64,000 nt of DNA, from the NCBI GenBank assembly GCA_000004985.1, contig GG738918.1; one strand, 5' to 3'. How positions within the stretch are numbered: position 1 is the stretch's first letter; every line of letters begins with the position of its first letter. The position numbers were made by a program, and so were the translations under genes. The notes beneath the pieces are model-generated. The model worked only from the letters and a program-made list of their open reading frames with translations, was not told the DNA's origin and did no database searches. Origin of the DNA: Naegleria gruberi (lineage: Eukaryota). Below, piece by piece: positions 10,424 to 21,963 of the stretch.

Positions 10424-10816
10424 GGAGCTAACTAAAGATGAAGCCTGGTAAAAAGTCGCTCGCAAACCTTAAACAAATGAAAAAGTTACAATTATGGAAT
10501 GTGAGTTCAAGAAAATGGTTTAATTTGGAGAAGTAACACTTTGACCAAAATACACTATGGTGGGGAGAGTTCAATATGATTCTAGTAGTACGCATAGAGT
10601 TTAGTATTCTCTGATAAAAATGAAACGAAAATTGCAAGCATCAGGCTCAACAATTCACAATGCTGATAAATCAAAGAAGAAGAAGAAAAACCTCCAGAAG
10701 GGTGTCTATTTGGATCAGCAAGAACAAACTTTCGCAATTCTCAAACAATCATGAGTACAACCCCACTTCGGAAGAGGAAGAGGAAGAGGAATTTAATGTG
10801 GAAGAGATAGGAAGAG

Positions 10817-11077
10817 ATGATGCAGATTGGATATAACTTTAAAGATGGAGAGGATGAACAAGATTGTTTAAAAGCAATGGAATGTTTTATGAAGGTTGCT
10901 TTTAAAGATGATAGATCTATCATCATTGCCGAGGCACAATTTGAAATTGGATGTTTTTATGATCTTGGTTGGGGAGTTGAAAAGGATTATGTCAAATCAT
11001 TTGAATGGTATATAAAAGCTCAAACAACAATTCAACCAAGATCAGATTTAATAATCAAAATATTACCTTCAATTTGA
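10817..11077 (+). pseudogene. Isolated Sel1-repeat fragment
   Basis: The 86 aa ORF contains Sel1/TPR-like units (AQFEIGCFYDLGWGVEKDYVKSFEWYIKA). No attached kinase or other domain is present, so it is likely a gene remnant. Confidence 0.3.
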
Positions 11078-11385
11078 AACAATGCATCATTGGCCATGAC
11101 ATTCTTGTCAAAATTAACTGTTCTCAAAACCTTGAAATATTAAGAGGAAGTAAGGTTTTTATTTATTTAAGCAAAGAATGAAAATAATTTTGCAATTTGG
11201 TTGGAATATTTTTCAAGTATCGAAAACAGTGACACTCTATTCCTATTCTTAATAAGAAGAACAGAGATTGATCAATTCAACTGGTGCTTTTGTAAATGTG
11301 GAATATTGATATTTCAATAATTTTCTCACTCTTTCCAATGATTTTGATTTAAAAAAAAATATCAAAACGTTGTTGACACTGTCAA

Positions 11386-11508
11386 ATGGCAAGAACCAAA
11401 TATACGGGCCGAAAATCAACAGGTGGTAAAAGACCAATGTATAGTCGTTCCTTTTTTATTGTTCAACTTTCTGAATTGATGAAATTTCCAATTTGTAAAA
11501 GTAATTTT
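11386..11508 (+). other. Histone H3 N-terminal-tail-like ORF (MARTKYTGRKSTGGKRPMYS...), no histone fold follows
   Basis: ATG at 11386 encodes MARTKYTGRKSTGGKRP. Compared with H3 MARTKQTARKSTGGKAPRK, the ARTK and RKSTGGK blocks are identical. The downstream sequence is unrelated to the H3 core and ends after about 40 codons. Confidence 0.35.
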
Positions 11509-11728
11509 TGAACAATTAATAATTTAATTATGTTGTAAATAATTATTTGATAACAAATTAGATTCAGAAAATAATGAAAGACAATCAAGAGAGGCATTGA
11601 TTGATATTTCATTGGAGATTGGTCCTCTAACTCCGTTCGGAAGTAAAATTGAATCTTTCAACTATGGTATTGGAAATTAATGGAAAGTTAGGATTTAAGC
11701 AATTCAATGAAGAGAGATTACGTTCTGC

Positions 11729-12127
11729 TTGTCCTGTCTAGAAGGTTATCGGACAATTTATAAACAGTTATTGGACTATCTCTTTGAAAGATGTAATTGT
11801 GAAATGGATCAAAATGTAATATTATTTGATGGAGAATCCATTCATGTGATTAGTGAAATGGTTGTTTTTCAAAATATGTTTGAATATCTGGATCCATTAT
11901 CATCAGTCAATCTGGCACTAACTTGTAAATCATTTTATGAAAAGATTTTCATTGAGGAAAGATTTACCTTTCCTTCTCTTGTATTATTTTCTGTTCCCTA
12001 TAGAAGGCGATATGTTTCCTATAATTCATCAGATGATGATAGGTATTTTCAGTATTCTGAAGAATCTGAGTATGATGATGATGATCGATCCGAAGAAAGA
12101 ATAACAAAACAACCAAAACTGGAATAA
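11729..12127 (+). CDS. Small F-box-like protein with acidic C-terminus; true ATG probably ~11804
   Basis: VISEMVVFQNMFEYLDPLSSVNLALTCKSFYEKI resembles an F-box. The C-terminus is D/E-rich. The ORF-track start is a non-ATG codon. Confidence 0.35.
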   Translation: MSCLEGYRTIYKQLLDYLFERCNCEMDQNVILFDGESIHVISEMVVFQNMFEYLDPLSSVNLALTCKSFYEKIFIEERFTFPSLVLFSVPYRRRYVSYNSSDDDRYFQYSEESEYDDDDRSEERITKQPKLE

Positions 12128-12300
12128 TTCACAATCGTTTACACTGATTTGATTTGATAACAGTGACTTTAGACGGAAGATCATTATTTAAATCTATCAT
12201 TGTTTGCTCTTGATGTATTTGAACAGTTCATTGTAAACTTGCAAAATTGATCACAAGTTCAGCTTTAAAAAAAAAAAAGGAAGTTCAGCTTTAAAAAAAA

Positions 12301-13239
12301 ATGTCAAAAACAACTGTGACCCTGATCGACTTTGTTCCATCTTCATCGATTCCAAATCACGAATTATTAAATTTCCTGAAATATTCGCTCCGAGCTAAAC
12401 AATACAAGAAATTTTCCATGAATTTTAATTTGATAGGAAAATTGAAAGGAACTAAAGGCGAGTACATGTATGATTTGGGCTTATCCGATTGTTTTAATAA
12501 GATTATTGTTGGAAATCAGCATTATTTAGAGGTTTTTGAAAGAGGAGGAGCAGAATATTATCGGAATCAACCAAGTGATTTCTCTCCTCTGTTTTCAGTT
12601 TCGTATGAACATCATGGAGAGTTTCATTGTTTGCGAGTGGTGAATGAGAATGGACACGAGTTTATCTATGCAACGACTAATAAGGGATTAATCAAGATTA
12701 GAGTACAAGATTTAATGAATAACAAGTCGAAAGTGGAATGGGTTTTTAAAAAGAATAGTTATTGTAATATTTGGGGATTGGATGTTATTGGAACGAGAGT
12801 TTACTATTTGGATTTTAACAATTCATCTCTCTTCTCATTGAATAGAAATACTGGTACTGAAGTGGAAGAAGAAAAACTTAAAGACCTTACAATGGGTTAT
12901 GGTTTGCAGTTTTTGAGTGAAAATAAGATACTAACCTCTCATGGAAATTGTTTGGAAATTTTAGAAAAGAAAGAGAATCAATGGGTTTCATTGAAAAAAG
13001 GAACAAGTCTTGAAACTAGTTGCCTGTACTCTATGTTTTATGAAAAGGAGTCAGGTTTAATTTATACATCAAATACCACAGAAGGACATGTAGTAATTGC
13101 AGATTTGGAACATCTTTCACTTGTGAAAAAGTGTGAAAATAGTTTGTTTAATTGGAATTATGGCATTATAGTTGATAGCAAAACTGGATTGTTATATATT
13201 TGCAATAGAACAACCAACCATATTTTAATCTTTGAATAA
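12301..13239 (+). CDS. Hypothetical protein (312 aa), possibly beta-propeller-like
   Basis: Uninterrupted ORF with an ATG at 12301. Recurrent YYLD/LLYICN-type strands suggest an NHL/SMP30-like fold, but this is weak. Confidence 0.45.
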   Translation: MSKTTVTLIDFVPSSSIPNHELLNFLKYSLRAKQYKKFSMNFNLIGKLKGTKGEYMYDLGLSDCFNKIIVGNQHYLEVFERGGAEYYRNQPSDFSPLFSVSYEHHGEFHCLRVVNENGHEFIYATTNKGLIKIRVQDLMNNKSKVEWVFKKNSYCNIWGLDVIGTRVYYLDFNNSSLFSLNRNTGTEVEEEKLKDLTMGYGLQFLSENKILTSHGNCLEILEKKENQWVSLKKGTSLETSCLYSMFYEKESGLIYTSNTTEGHVVIADLEHLSLVKKCENSLFNWNYGIIVDSKTGLLYICNRTTNHILIFE

Positions 13240-13919
13240 TTTATCTAATTGTGAATATTTGTAAATTTTCTGAATTAATCAATAATAAGCCATACATTAA
13301 CACCTCATCCACTTGTTTATTCTTATTCGAATTGGTGTCTATTAATGGTTCTTCTTTTTATTTTAATGAACAATTAAAAGATTACAATGAAATATATATT
13401 GCAATCTACTGTAATTGAATTTGATGGGAATTATTTGTTTTCTCCTCTCTCAAACCATTCAATTTTCCTTAGCACAGTCAATTGTCCAATTATTCCACCT
13501 ACCTCTTTCACCACTGTTCACTCTTTCCATTGTAATCTCCTTCTCACTTTTGAAAAATAGAGCGAAATTTTACAATAAATTCTCCAAAGCATTCACAACT
13601 TTGGTCTAAAATTCGCGAAAATCTCTCCAAAACTCTCCACTCACACACAATTGCAAGGAGAACTAATTTGGCCTTGATAAGTAGATCATCATCATTGAGC
13701 GACTGACTATTAATATAATTTTCCTTTGATTACTACAACAAAAAAAACACCTCAACATCACTTGACCTTTTTTTCCCCGATCAAGAGAGAACCATAAACT
13801 GATCACAAATTGAGAAGATTTTGTTTAATAGATTTTGAATAGATTTTGTAGATACTTTTGTATATAAAAACCATCAATAATAATTAGTAAATATTGCAAA
13901 GATTTTAAACTTGTAAAAT

Positions 13920-15420
13920 ATGAAGAGAATTAGTAAACAAATACAATCCATTGGTAAATATCAAGGATCATGGAGAAGTTATAATACTTGTATGATTGAT
14001 AGATCTCCCACCTCCGATAAACATCATCATTCTTCCTCTTCTGCTGGTAATGTAACAACTCACACAATTAAAGGTGCTGATCATAAGGAGCACATGATAA
14101 AGAATCTGATAACCTTTAATCCAACGTATCATGGAAGTCAAGAAGGTTCTTCAAAGAAAACACAGGGTAGTGTTGATTTGTCGACTGTTTATGATTTTGC
14201 CAAACAGCCTCCATCTTCAATTTCATTGAAAGTATGTGATTTTCAAAAATAATTCGAATATTTAACATTTTAGATGATTATGAATTTTGGAATGAAATTG
14301 AACAAGCAAACACTTTTAACATCATCAGATTGGTTGAAAGAAGAATTGCCGAAAAGATTGGGAAGACAGATAAGACAATTGGACAATTTGCCGAAAGGTT
14401 TGAATTTAATGCCATCTGTCAGACTTGTAAGAGTATGTTTTTTAATGTGAATTATATGTTTGTTAATATTGTTGTGCTATCAATTTAGGATTGGTATATG
14501 GCATCATTTAATGATTTATACTATAGTAAGAAACCTAAAACATTTGAAGAAGAATTGCAATTTACCAAAATGCTTGAAGGAGTTTATACAAGACACAATC
14601 CAACATTAATTAGCGTTGCTAAAGGTGTAAACGAATTGAAAAGCAAAATGAAGGAATCTATTTATCTGAGTGATGCTAACTTTGATTTGGCAGAATTTTC
14701 TGAACTTCATCAAGCTTTGGATGCCTTTTATATTAACAGAATCGGAATGAGAATGTTAATTGGACAACATTTGGCATTACATGAGCAATTGACCAAGCCA
14801 GTTAAAGATTATTCTGGGTTAATTTGTATGAATACCAATCCTTACAAGGTAGCCAAAGATGCTGCTGAGGATGCTGCTGAATTATGTAGAATGACATATG
14901 GAGATGCTCCAAGTATTGAACTAATTGGAAAGTTAGATTTACAATTCCCATATGTACCTTCCCATTTGTATTATATCTTCTTTGAATTATTAAAGAATTC
15001 AATGAGAGCTGTAGTTGAAAATCACCAAAAGGCCAAACATTTACCGAAAGTTCGAATGGTTATTGCTGATTCTGCCGATAAGGAGCATATTTCTATCAAA
15101 ATTAGTGATGAAGGAATGGGTATCCCCAGAAAGGATTTGCACAAGATTTGGTCTTATTTGTATACTACTGCAAGTATGTATTTATTTAATAATCAATTAT
15201 TTTAACAATTCTTCAAGATGTAATGGATGATGTCAGTAAGATTGAAGAATTCTCAGACAGTCATGCACCATTGGCTGGATTGGGCTATGGTTTGCCATTA
15301 TCTAGATTGTATGCTAAATATTGGGGAGGAGATTTGACTATTCAATCTTTGGAAGGATATGGTACAGATGCCTACATTTATCTTCATTGTCTTGGTGATA
15401 AGGAAGAACCTTTACCTTAA
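13920..15420 (+). CDS. Mitochondrial pyruvate dehydrogenase kinase / BCKDH kinase family (GHKL ATPase), 4 exons
   Basis: Exons are 13920..14231, 14274..14426, 14489..15173 and 15218..15420. Introns are 14232..14273 (GTATGT..TAG), 14427..14488 (GTAAGA..TAG) and 15174..15217 (GTATGT..AAG). The spliced protein reads ...PPSSISLK|MIMNFG...[31 protein letters not shown]|[11 protein letters not shown].... Downstream blocks follow in order: [35 protein letters not shown], then [24 protein letters not shown]...[10 protein letters not shown]. This is the PDK order. Confidence 0.85.
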
Positions 15421-15683
15421 TATTAACCTAAATTGGGTTGGAACTAAGTTATTTCAGTATATTTATGTTGTAGAAAAATCATATGGAATGAGAATAGAAT
15501 TGTTCAGATATAAAGAATAATCTTTGCTTTTTTATTCTAATTACAATTTTTCTCAATTCTTCGTCCTCTTTTGCTTATTAATCACAAAAAACAACGCTAA
15601 ATTCTGAAGAGTAGTTTTAATCCAATTACAAAATTACTAATAATTGAAGGTGAAGTAATTTGGAATTTTAAATTTAAAAAAAA

Positions 15684-17234
15684 ATGTTGAACAATAAACG
15701 AAGCAATCCATCATCATCCTCATCATCAGGAAATGTTGGATCAATGTTACCTCCAACAAAGAAGCCTAAAACACCATCGGTTGCTTCATCATCATCATCA
15801 TTGGGTGTTGTCGGATCATCAACATTTAATTTAAAACAACATTTTCAACTTGTTAAGAAACAAATAGACTTGTGCATACAACAATATGAAAAGAATGTTG
15901 ATATTAAAGATTTACTAGTACAATTGAACGAGTTTATAATAACTTTGAATGAAAATTTGTCAACACAAATAGATTTGTTGATTAATTTTGTTAAAGATTT
16001 GAATGGATTGCAAATATTTATTAAAATTATTGAATATGATTATATTTTCAATGCTGATTTGGACTTGTATTTGAATATATTTAAATTATTTAAAGAAATA
16101 ACACAAGAGGAATCAAATCAAGAGGAATATAATCAATATATTGTATTTATGGATACTTTATCTCAAGATGAATATTTTATTAGTTTATTTATTGATTTTA
16201 TATTGAAATATTTGAAAGATGAAGATTTTATTAATGAAATATTCCCATTTTTAGAAAATATGATTGAATATGATGATGAAACTCTAAAATTTATTTCTAA
16301 AGATAATATTAAATTATTGCTCGACTTTTTAGTTAATAATTTGAATAATAATGAATACTCAAGCTATACACAATTATATTTTTATGAAATTCTGTTTTTA
16401 TTAATATCAACTAGTAATCCAAATATTGAAGCTACATTAGTAGAAAACAAGGAATATATGGATAAATTATTAATATTATTAAATGAATTCAGAAATATCA
16501 AGAATGATACTAATATGGAAGTTGATGAAATGGTAGAAAATTTATTCAATATTCTAAGTGGAATTTTAATTAAGAATGAAAAGTTTAAGGAATACTTAAA
16601 TGAATTTGAAGGAATTGAACTAATGATAGCAATAATTAAAGATAAAAAGAAATATAGATTAGGAAGTATTAAAGTATTAAATAATTCTATGGATAATTGT
16701 CAATTAAACATTTCACAATTTGTGCAAAGTGGAGGATTAAAGACATTATTTGCTCTGTTCAGTAGATTGAAAGATTCAGATGACGATGTTATGGAAACTA
16801 ATTTAATTAATATTTTTGTAAATTTACTAAACTCAAAGGATGATCTTTCTCAAAGACTTTCTGCTAAATTTGAGGAAAACCAATTTGAAAAACTCAAAAT
16901 CCTAAACCAGTTATTGTACAAATATTACAAAAAGGTTTATATTTTCGATCAACAAATTGAAAATGAGGATTTATTACAAGAAATGTTCCCAGACCAAACA
17001 TTAGAGGAAATTACAGAACAGGACATTGCACTTAAAAGATTAGATATTGGTTTGGAAGTTTTACAGAGAATATGCTTTGTTTTGGCTCACCTATGCTCTG
17101 CAAGTGAAAAGGTGAAACAATTTGCCAAGGACAATCTTTCAGAAAAGTATAAGATTTCGCTGGAAACATGCAAAGTTCTTTTACAAGATTCCATCTTAGA
17201 TGTTCCAGAAGCATTGCTAAATAATCTCGATTAG
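15684..17234 (+). CDS. Beta-catenin-like protein 1 (CTNNBL1/NAP) homolog
   Basis: C-terminal block ...KRLDIGLEVLQRICFVLAHLC... matches CTNNBL1 ...RRLDAGLFVLQHICYIMAEIC.... Also ENLFNILSGIL ~ ENLFDSLCSCL and LKTLFALFSR ~ LRTIFPLFMK. 516 aa, armadillo-like composition. Confidence 0.7.
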   Translation: MLNNKRSNPSSSSSSGNVGSMLPPTKKPKTPSVASSSSSLGVVGSSTFNLKQHFQLVKKQIDLCIQQYEKNVDIKDLLVQLNEFIITLNENLSTQIDLLINFVKDLNGLQIFIKIIEYDYIFNADLDLYLNIFKLFKEITQEESNQEEYNQYIVFMDTLSQDEYFISLFIDFILKYLKDEDFINEIFPFLENMIEYDDETLKFISKDNIKLLLDFLVNNLNNNEYSSYTQLYFYEILFLLISTSNPNIEATLVENKEYMDKLLILLNEFRNIKNDTNMEVDEMVENLFNILSGILIKNEKFKEYLNEFEGIELMIAIIKDKKKYRLGSIKVLNNSMDNCQLNISQFVQSGGLKTLFALFSRLKDSDDDVMETNLINIFVNLLNSKDDLSQRLSAKFEENQFEKLKILNQLLYKYYKKVYIFDQQIENEDLLQEMFPDQTLEEITEQDIALKRLDIGLEVLQRICFVLAHLCSASEKVKQFAKDNLSEKYKISLETCKVLLQDSILDVPEALLNNLD

Positions 17235-17243
17235 ATTCTCCTT

Positions 17244-19263
17244 TTATTCTTTCTTTGAATAAATTTCTTTAATTCTTGTTAATTCTTGAACAAGATCAGA
17301 AGCAATAATTCTAGACTTTGGATCTATAACTAGGATCTTCCTCAATAATTGAATAAACTCTTCGGCAGCATCATTCTTGTAAATTTTTCTGATTTCTCCT
17401 TCAATTACATTTTTCATGTAAGTGTCACGATTGTAACTTGCCAAATAAGCATGATTCAATTGGTCTTTATCAATTTTTAAAGTTAACAACTCGTACAAAA
17501 TAATACCAAAAGACCAAATGTCAACTTCAAATCCGTAAACACTAACATCATTGACAAGTGCAATTTCAGGTGCAGTATATCCGAAATTCACAATCTTTGT
17601 AATACCTCCAATAATTGAAAGTGTGTTATTGATGGCTTTAGCAAATCCAAAATCTCCAATTTTTAATACTTTTTCTCCACTACTTGTTGTGGTTGTGCCA
17701 TTACTAGTACTTGTACTTGTATTACTGAGACCAAAATAGATATTATTTGGTTTTAAACTTCTGTGCATAATCGAGTGATCATGTAAAAATTGTACACCTT
17801 TAGCAATTTGTAAAGCATAATCACTGATTCTACGTAAAGTCAAGTGAATATTCTTTTTCTTAACCTTGCACATAAAATCATATAGAGAACCTTCATCATA
17901 GAAAGGTGTGACATAGCAAACAAAGAAAATGCTGCCTAGTATTTCATTGGTTGTAATATCAATAAACATATCCTCATAACTAATTAAATGGTCAAATTGT
18001 AATTCTAATAGCGGCCAACTTTCTTTAATTGCATCATTGGCATTCATAATAGTTTCACATTTAATTTTTTTCAATATCTTTGCCTTGTTAAACTTCAAAT
18101 CCATAATTTTATACAACATTGATTCACCTGATTTTGATGCTTGATTTGAAATGTATTGTACAATTTTGTATCTTCCATTTTGAATGAGTGTATCATTTGG
18201 TAATATTAAAGATGTTTGTTCATTGAATACATCAAATACATTGAATATTCCTGATGAAGATGATGGTGAGCTTAAATTTGGTGTTGTTGTGTTAGGTGTA
18301 TTTAATGTACTTTCTTCATTTCCTATTTGATTCATATTTAATTGTGCATCAGTAGAATCGTGAATAATTATTGACAAATCCACTTGTCCAGTAGTATTTC
18401 CTGTTAAATGTATTGATAATGGATTTTCTCTATTTCTTAACAATGTCTATTTTATCCAAGTATTTAATGGTCATGTATTAAATTAACATTATAATAAATA
18501 TTTAAACATTTAAAGTGAAAACACATACCTGTAAATTAATATTTTTAACACCTAACAATTCATCAGTCTTGAAAGTGTGTTTAGCCCAAACTTGCATAAT
18601 TATATTCTCGTGTATTACATATTTCTGATCATTATTGTTAGTAACATGAATATCAAAAATAAACAATTCATTCCAAACAGGACTTGTAGATCTAATTGCA
18701 TTGGATTTTAATGTTCTTCTATTATAACCTCTAATATTATTAGAACCACTGCTATTATAATTGGAAGAATCAAATTCACTCAATTTAGAACAAGCAATAG
18801 AACAAATAAAAACAACATAGGTATTACATGGTGATAATTGTTGTTGTTGTTGTTGTGTTTGTTGAACTGTAATAGTTGATGTATTAGATTGTACCGAACG
18901 TTCATAGATGTGTGATCCTTGCTTGAGATAAATTTCAATGTGTGGAACAAGAATATTATTATTGGTAGCCTTCTTCTTACTCGTATATAAATTATGTTGT
19001 CTTCTATTAATTATTGTATTGGATTGATTGGATAAATAACTACTGATCGATGCTGTGCTGATCAATGATGATGTAGAGGAAATATTATTTGGAAGTGTTG
19101 AAAAACTATTGGTGTGGTGGTGATGAGGAGATGACGATGAAGGAAGCCCAACAGGACTACTCGATCCAGTCAGAGAACTTAACGATGTAGTGCTGGATGA
19201 TGTTGTAGGACTGTGTCCTAACAAGTGATGAGAAATATTACCAGATGATGATGAAAAATTCAT
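17244..19263 (-). CDS. C2-domain + protein-kinase-like protein, predicted pseudokinase; 2 exons (intron 18447..18528)
   Basis: Exon 1 is 19263..18529. It has a Ser-rich N-terminus, then a C2-like segment KSNAIRSTSPVWNELFIFDIHV...IMQVWAKHTFKTDELLGVKNINLQ. Donor is CAG|GTATGT and acceptor AATAG|ACA. Exon 2 is 18446..17244 with kinase motifs KIGDFGFAK, GYTAPE and DIWSFGIILYELLT. The catalytic loop reads HRSLKPNN (HRD to HRS) and no GxGxxG loop is evident. Confidence 0.7.
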
Positions 19264-19529
19264 ATTTTCTCTCTCGTCTGTTGTTACTCGTTAATATATT
19301 ACAAATAGGTTCAAAAAAGAATTGTATAATCCTATTAATTATTATTATTAAATTGTTGTTTGTTGATTCCGCTTGTTTGCTGACTTTGCCCAAGAGAATG
19401 GAAATTTTCGCTGCAGCAAAAGAAGGGAATTTTTTATAATTTTTTAAAAAACAAAAAAAATGCTTGAAATTGGAACTTTTCGGACAAAATGTTTCTTTAA
19501 TTTGTAATTTTTGTTAATAATATTTGATA

Positions 19530-20548
19530 AATTACAAATCAGTGATGGCCAGTCTTCCTTTGATATCTTTATCATTAATGTGGATGTATCTTTCGACTGG
19601 AATTAACAAATCTTTGGTTTTCAAATATTCTGCATGTTGTTCGTGGACGTATTTAGTAATATCCTCTATTTTCTTACAGGCACCAGATTTACACATTGAT
19701 CTTAAAAATGATCCTTTGACTCCTATTTGAATTGCTCTGGTTAAACCTCCATTAATATTTCCGAATGCAGGTGTATGATATGGATCCCACTATTATTTAA
19801 AATTAATTTAGAATTAAAATTCAATTAAAAGAATATTAAAATTAAATATAATACGGAAACATACCTGCACTCTTGCAAAGCAAACATTATCTGTCATAAT
19901 GGTATCAGTATCATTCTTATTCATTAATTGAGCTACTTTTTCTTTCATTTGAGAACAATTGACTTTCCATTCTTTTTGTGATTTGTAATAACCTTCCAAT
20001 TCAGGATAATACATTGCACACACAGCATGTTTCAGTAATTCTTCTTCAAATGATTTTCTAGTGATGAATAGAGCCAAAATATTAGTTTGATTTTTAGCAG
20101 TGGCATATTCAGATCTGTACATCATCCACAAATAATTTGGTTTAATCCAACTCATTCGTTTCTTATCAAAATTTGGACATTCATCAAATGTTTGATTTTT
20201 AACCACCCAATCAGCAATTCCCGAATTATAGGCCTGATAAAATACAATACATTCTTCATCGTCGATTGTAATAATTGATCCAGTAACTTGTTGTGTAATC
20301 ATGATACCCAAAGTTGATGATTCATCGGCAGAAGATGGTTGTGTCGATGAAAAAGTGAGTGGAGATTTAAAATAGTGTCGTGTTGAATTTTCAAAGCTTT
20401 CTTTTGGTAATTGATCAAAGTATGATGGCATTGTTGAGGATTGTTGTGTTGAATAGAATTTTTGTGTTGCAAAATTACAAGAATAATTGATCGGAGAGAA
20501 AGTAAGATTCTTCAATGATTGATGACCAATTTTGCTTATTTTTTTCAT
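19530..20548 (-). CDS. Conserved hypothetical protein (possibly DUF4291-like), 2 exons (intron 19790..19864)
   Basis: Exon 1 is 20548..19865, ending ...CFARVQ|GTATGT. Exon 2 is 19789..19530, starting TAG|WDPYHTPAFGNINGGLTRAIQIGVKGSFLRSMCKSGACKKIEDITKYVHEQHAEYLKTKDLLIPVERYIHINDKDIKGRLAITDL*. The family assignment is from memory and weak. Confidence 0.5.
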
Positions 20549-20743
20549 GATGAAAAGTTGTTAATTTGAAAATCTGGATTTCATCAATTTATTGGAGATT
20601 CATTCTTGAAATTGATACCATACTCAAATCAAAATCATAAATGCACTTTAATTGGTTGAGTTACTCCATCGTTGTTCAACTAATTATTAAGATTTTACAT
20701 TGATCTTAATGATGATGATGATGTAGTACAATACCACAACAAT

Positions 20744-21071
20744 TTATTTGAATATAGTCGATGTAATTTCTTGTTTGATAGTATTCACTTTGAATAGTAA
20801 ATAAAAAGTCTCAGATTTGGATTTAAATGGCAAGATTATATAAAACTCTTCTCTATTCTTGTCATCAACTTTTGTAATCAAATCTTTAAATATTTCATTC
20901 CTATTCAAATACTCTATTAATAATTCTTGATACTCATTCGAGAGGAGTACAATTTTCTTATCCTTTATGAAGGTATTTAATGGATCTGGTAAGAAACGAT
21001 TCAAATCCTTTCCATCCACTGAGAATGATTCAAAATCTGATTCATTCATTCTTTCTATTAATTGACTCATT
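20744..21071 (-). CDS. Small hypothetical protein (~109 aa)
   Basis: ORF with a true ATG at 21071 (MSQLIERMNESDF...). No motif recognised. Confidence 0.3.
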
Positions 21072-21963
21072 TTGATGATGAACAATGCACAACTGCAAAA
21101 CTTTAAGCATAAAGAACAACAAGGTTTGAAGAATATTCTGACGGTTAGAGTTGTGTTTGTTTTTTTAAATTGAATTCATTCATCAAATGACCTCTTCTTG
21201 TTATTTAGGAAGGTAGGATAGTCTAAATGAGGATTCTTATCAAATGTTTTGAGATTTATCGCTATATACTTGATAAGGTTTTTTATAATTGAGATTAGTG
21301 GCCATTGTGCATGGCATTAAAATTCCCTCGTGAAAGTCAATTAGTTTATGTGAAAAGCAAAGAGTCACATTAAGAATCTTGTGATTCTCGAATATTGTTT
21401 ATTTGGAATGGTTATGGATACTGTTTGGATAATAGTATGTTACTCATGAAAGTTTGTTGTTTGGATGTCAACAATGGAAAAGATTATGAACTGAATAAGA
21501 TGAGAGATAAGAAATGATTCGAAGAATTCAGATTATTCTTCATGTTCATGCTGTGATCTCTAATTTCGATAAACATATATTTGATACAGGGCTCAATTTA
21601 ACAACTAGATTATGCAAACAACAATTGCATTTTGTTTTGCAGTATTCGATAAGCAATTGGTTGTGTTAATAACATCCAGTTTCCTTATTATTTGTGAGAA
21701 ATTTAAACTAATTCAATCTATTTGATTGAAGTGAACCTGGTGCTGGATTGATTGGTTTGATTCCAGGTTAACTGATCACTCAATTGAGATGCTTATGATT
21801 TTTCTGATCTAATTGAAGGTCCTCTCAATTATGCGCAATTCTTCCTTCTTTCTGTGCTCGGGTTTGAAAAATTATTAATAACCACAGCAACAGAAATTTA
21901 AAAAATCAAATTTAAAAAAATTTTCATCACCAACAACAACTTAATCTCGTCTCTTGCTTCAAA

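Noticed and set aside
10741-10926. GAAGAGGAAGAGGAAGAGGA trinucleotide repeat as a regulatory element
   Set aside because: It is a short (GAA/GAG)n microsatellite just upstream of or inside the Sel1 fragment ORF, typical of AT-rich genomes, with no evidence of function.
18443-18443. Track-annotated Met starts of many ORFs (e.g. 17244..18443, 22673, 36102..37199, 58436..59599, 62874..63569)
   Set aside because: Checking the nucleotides shows these are TTG/GTG codons. The ORFs are internal exons, or the true ATG lies elsewhere, so I did not treat them as translation starts.
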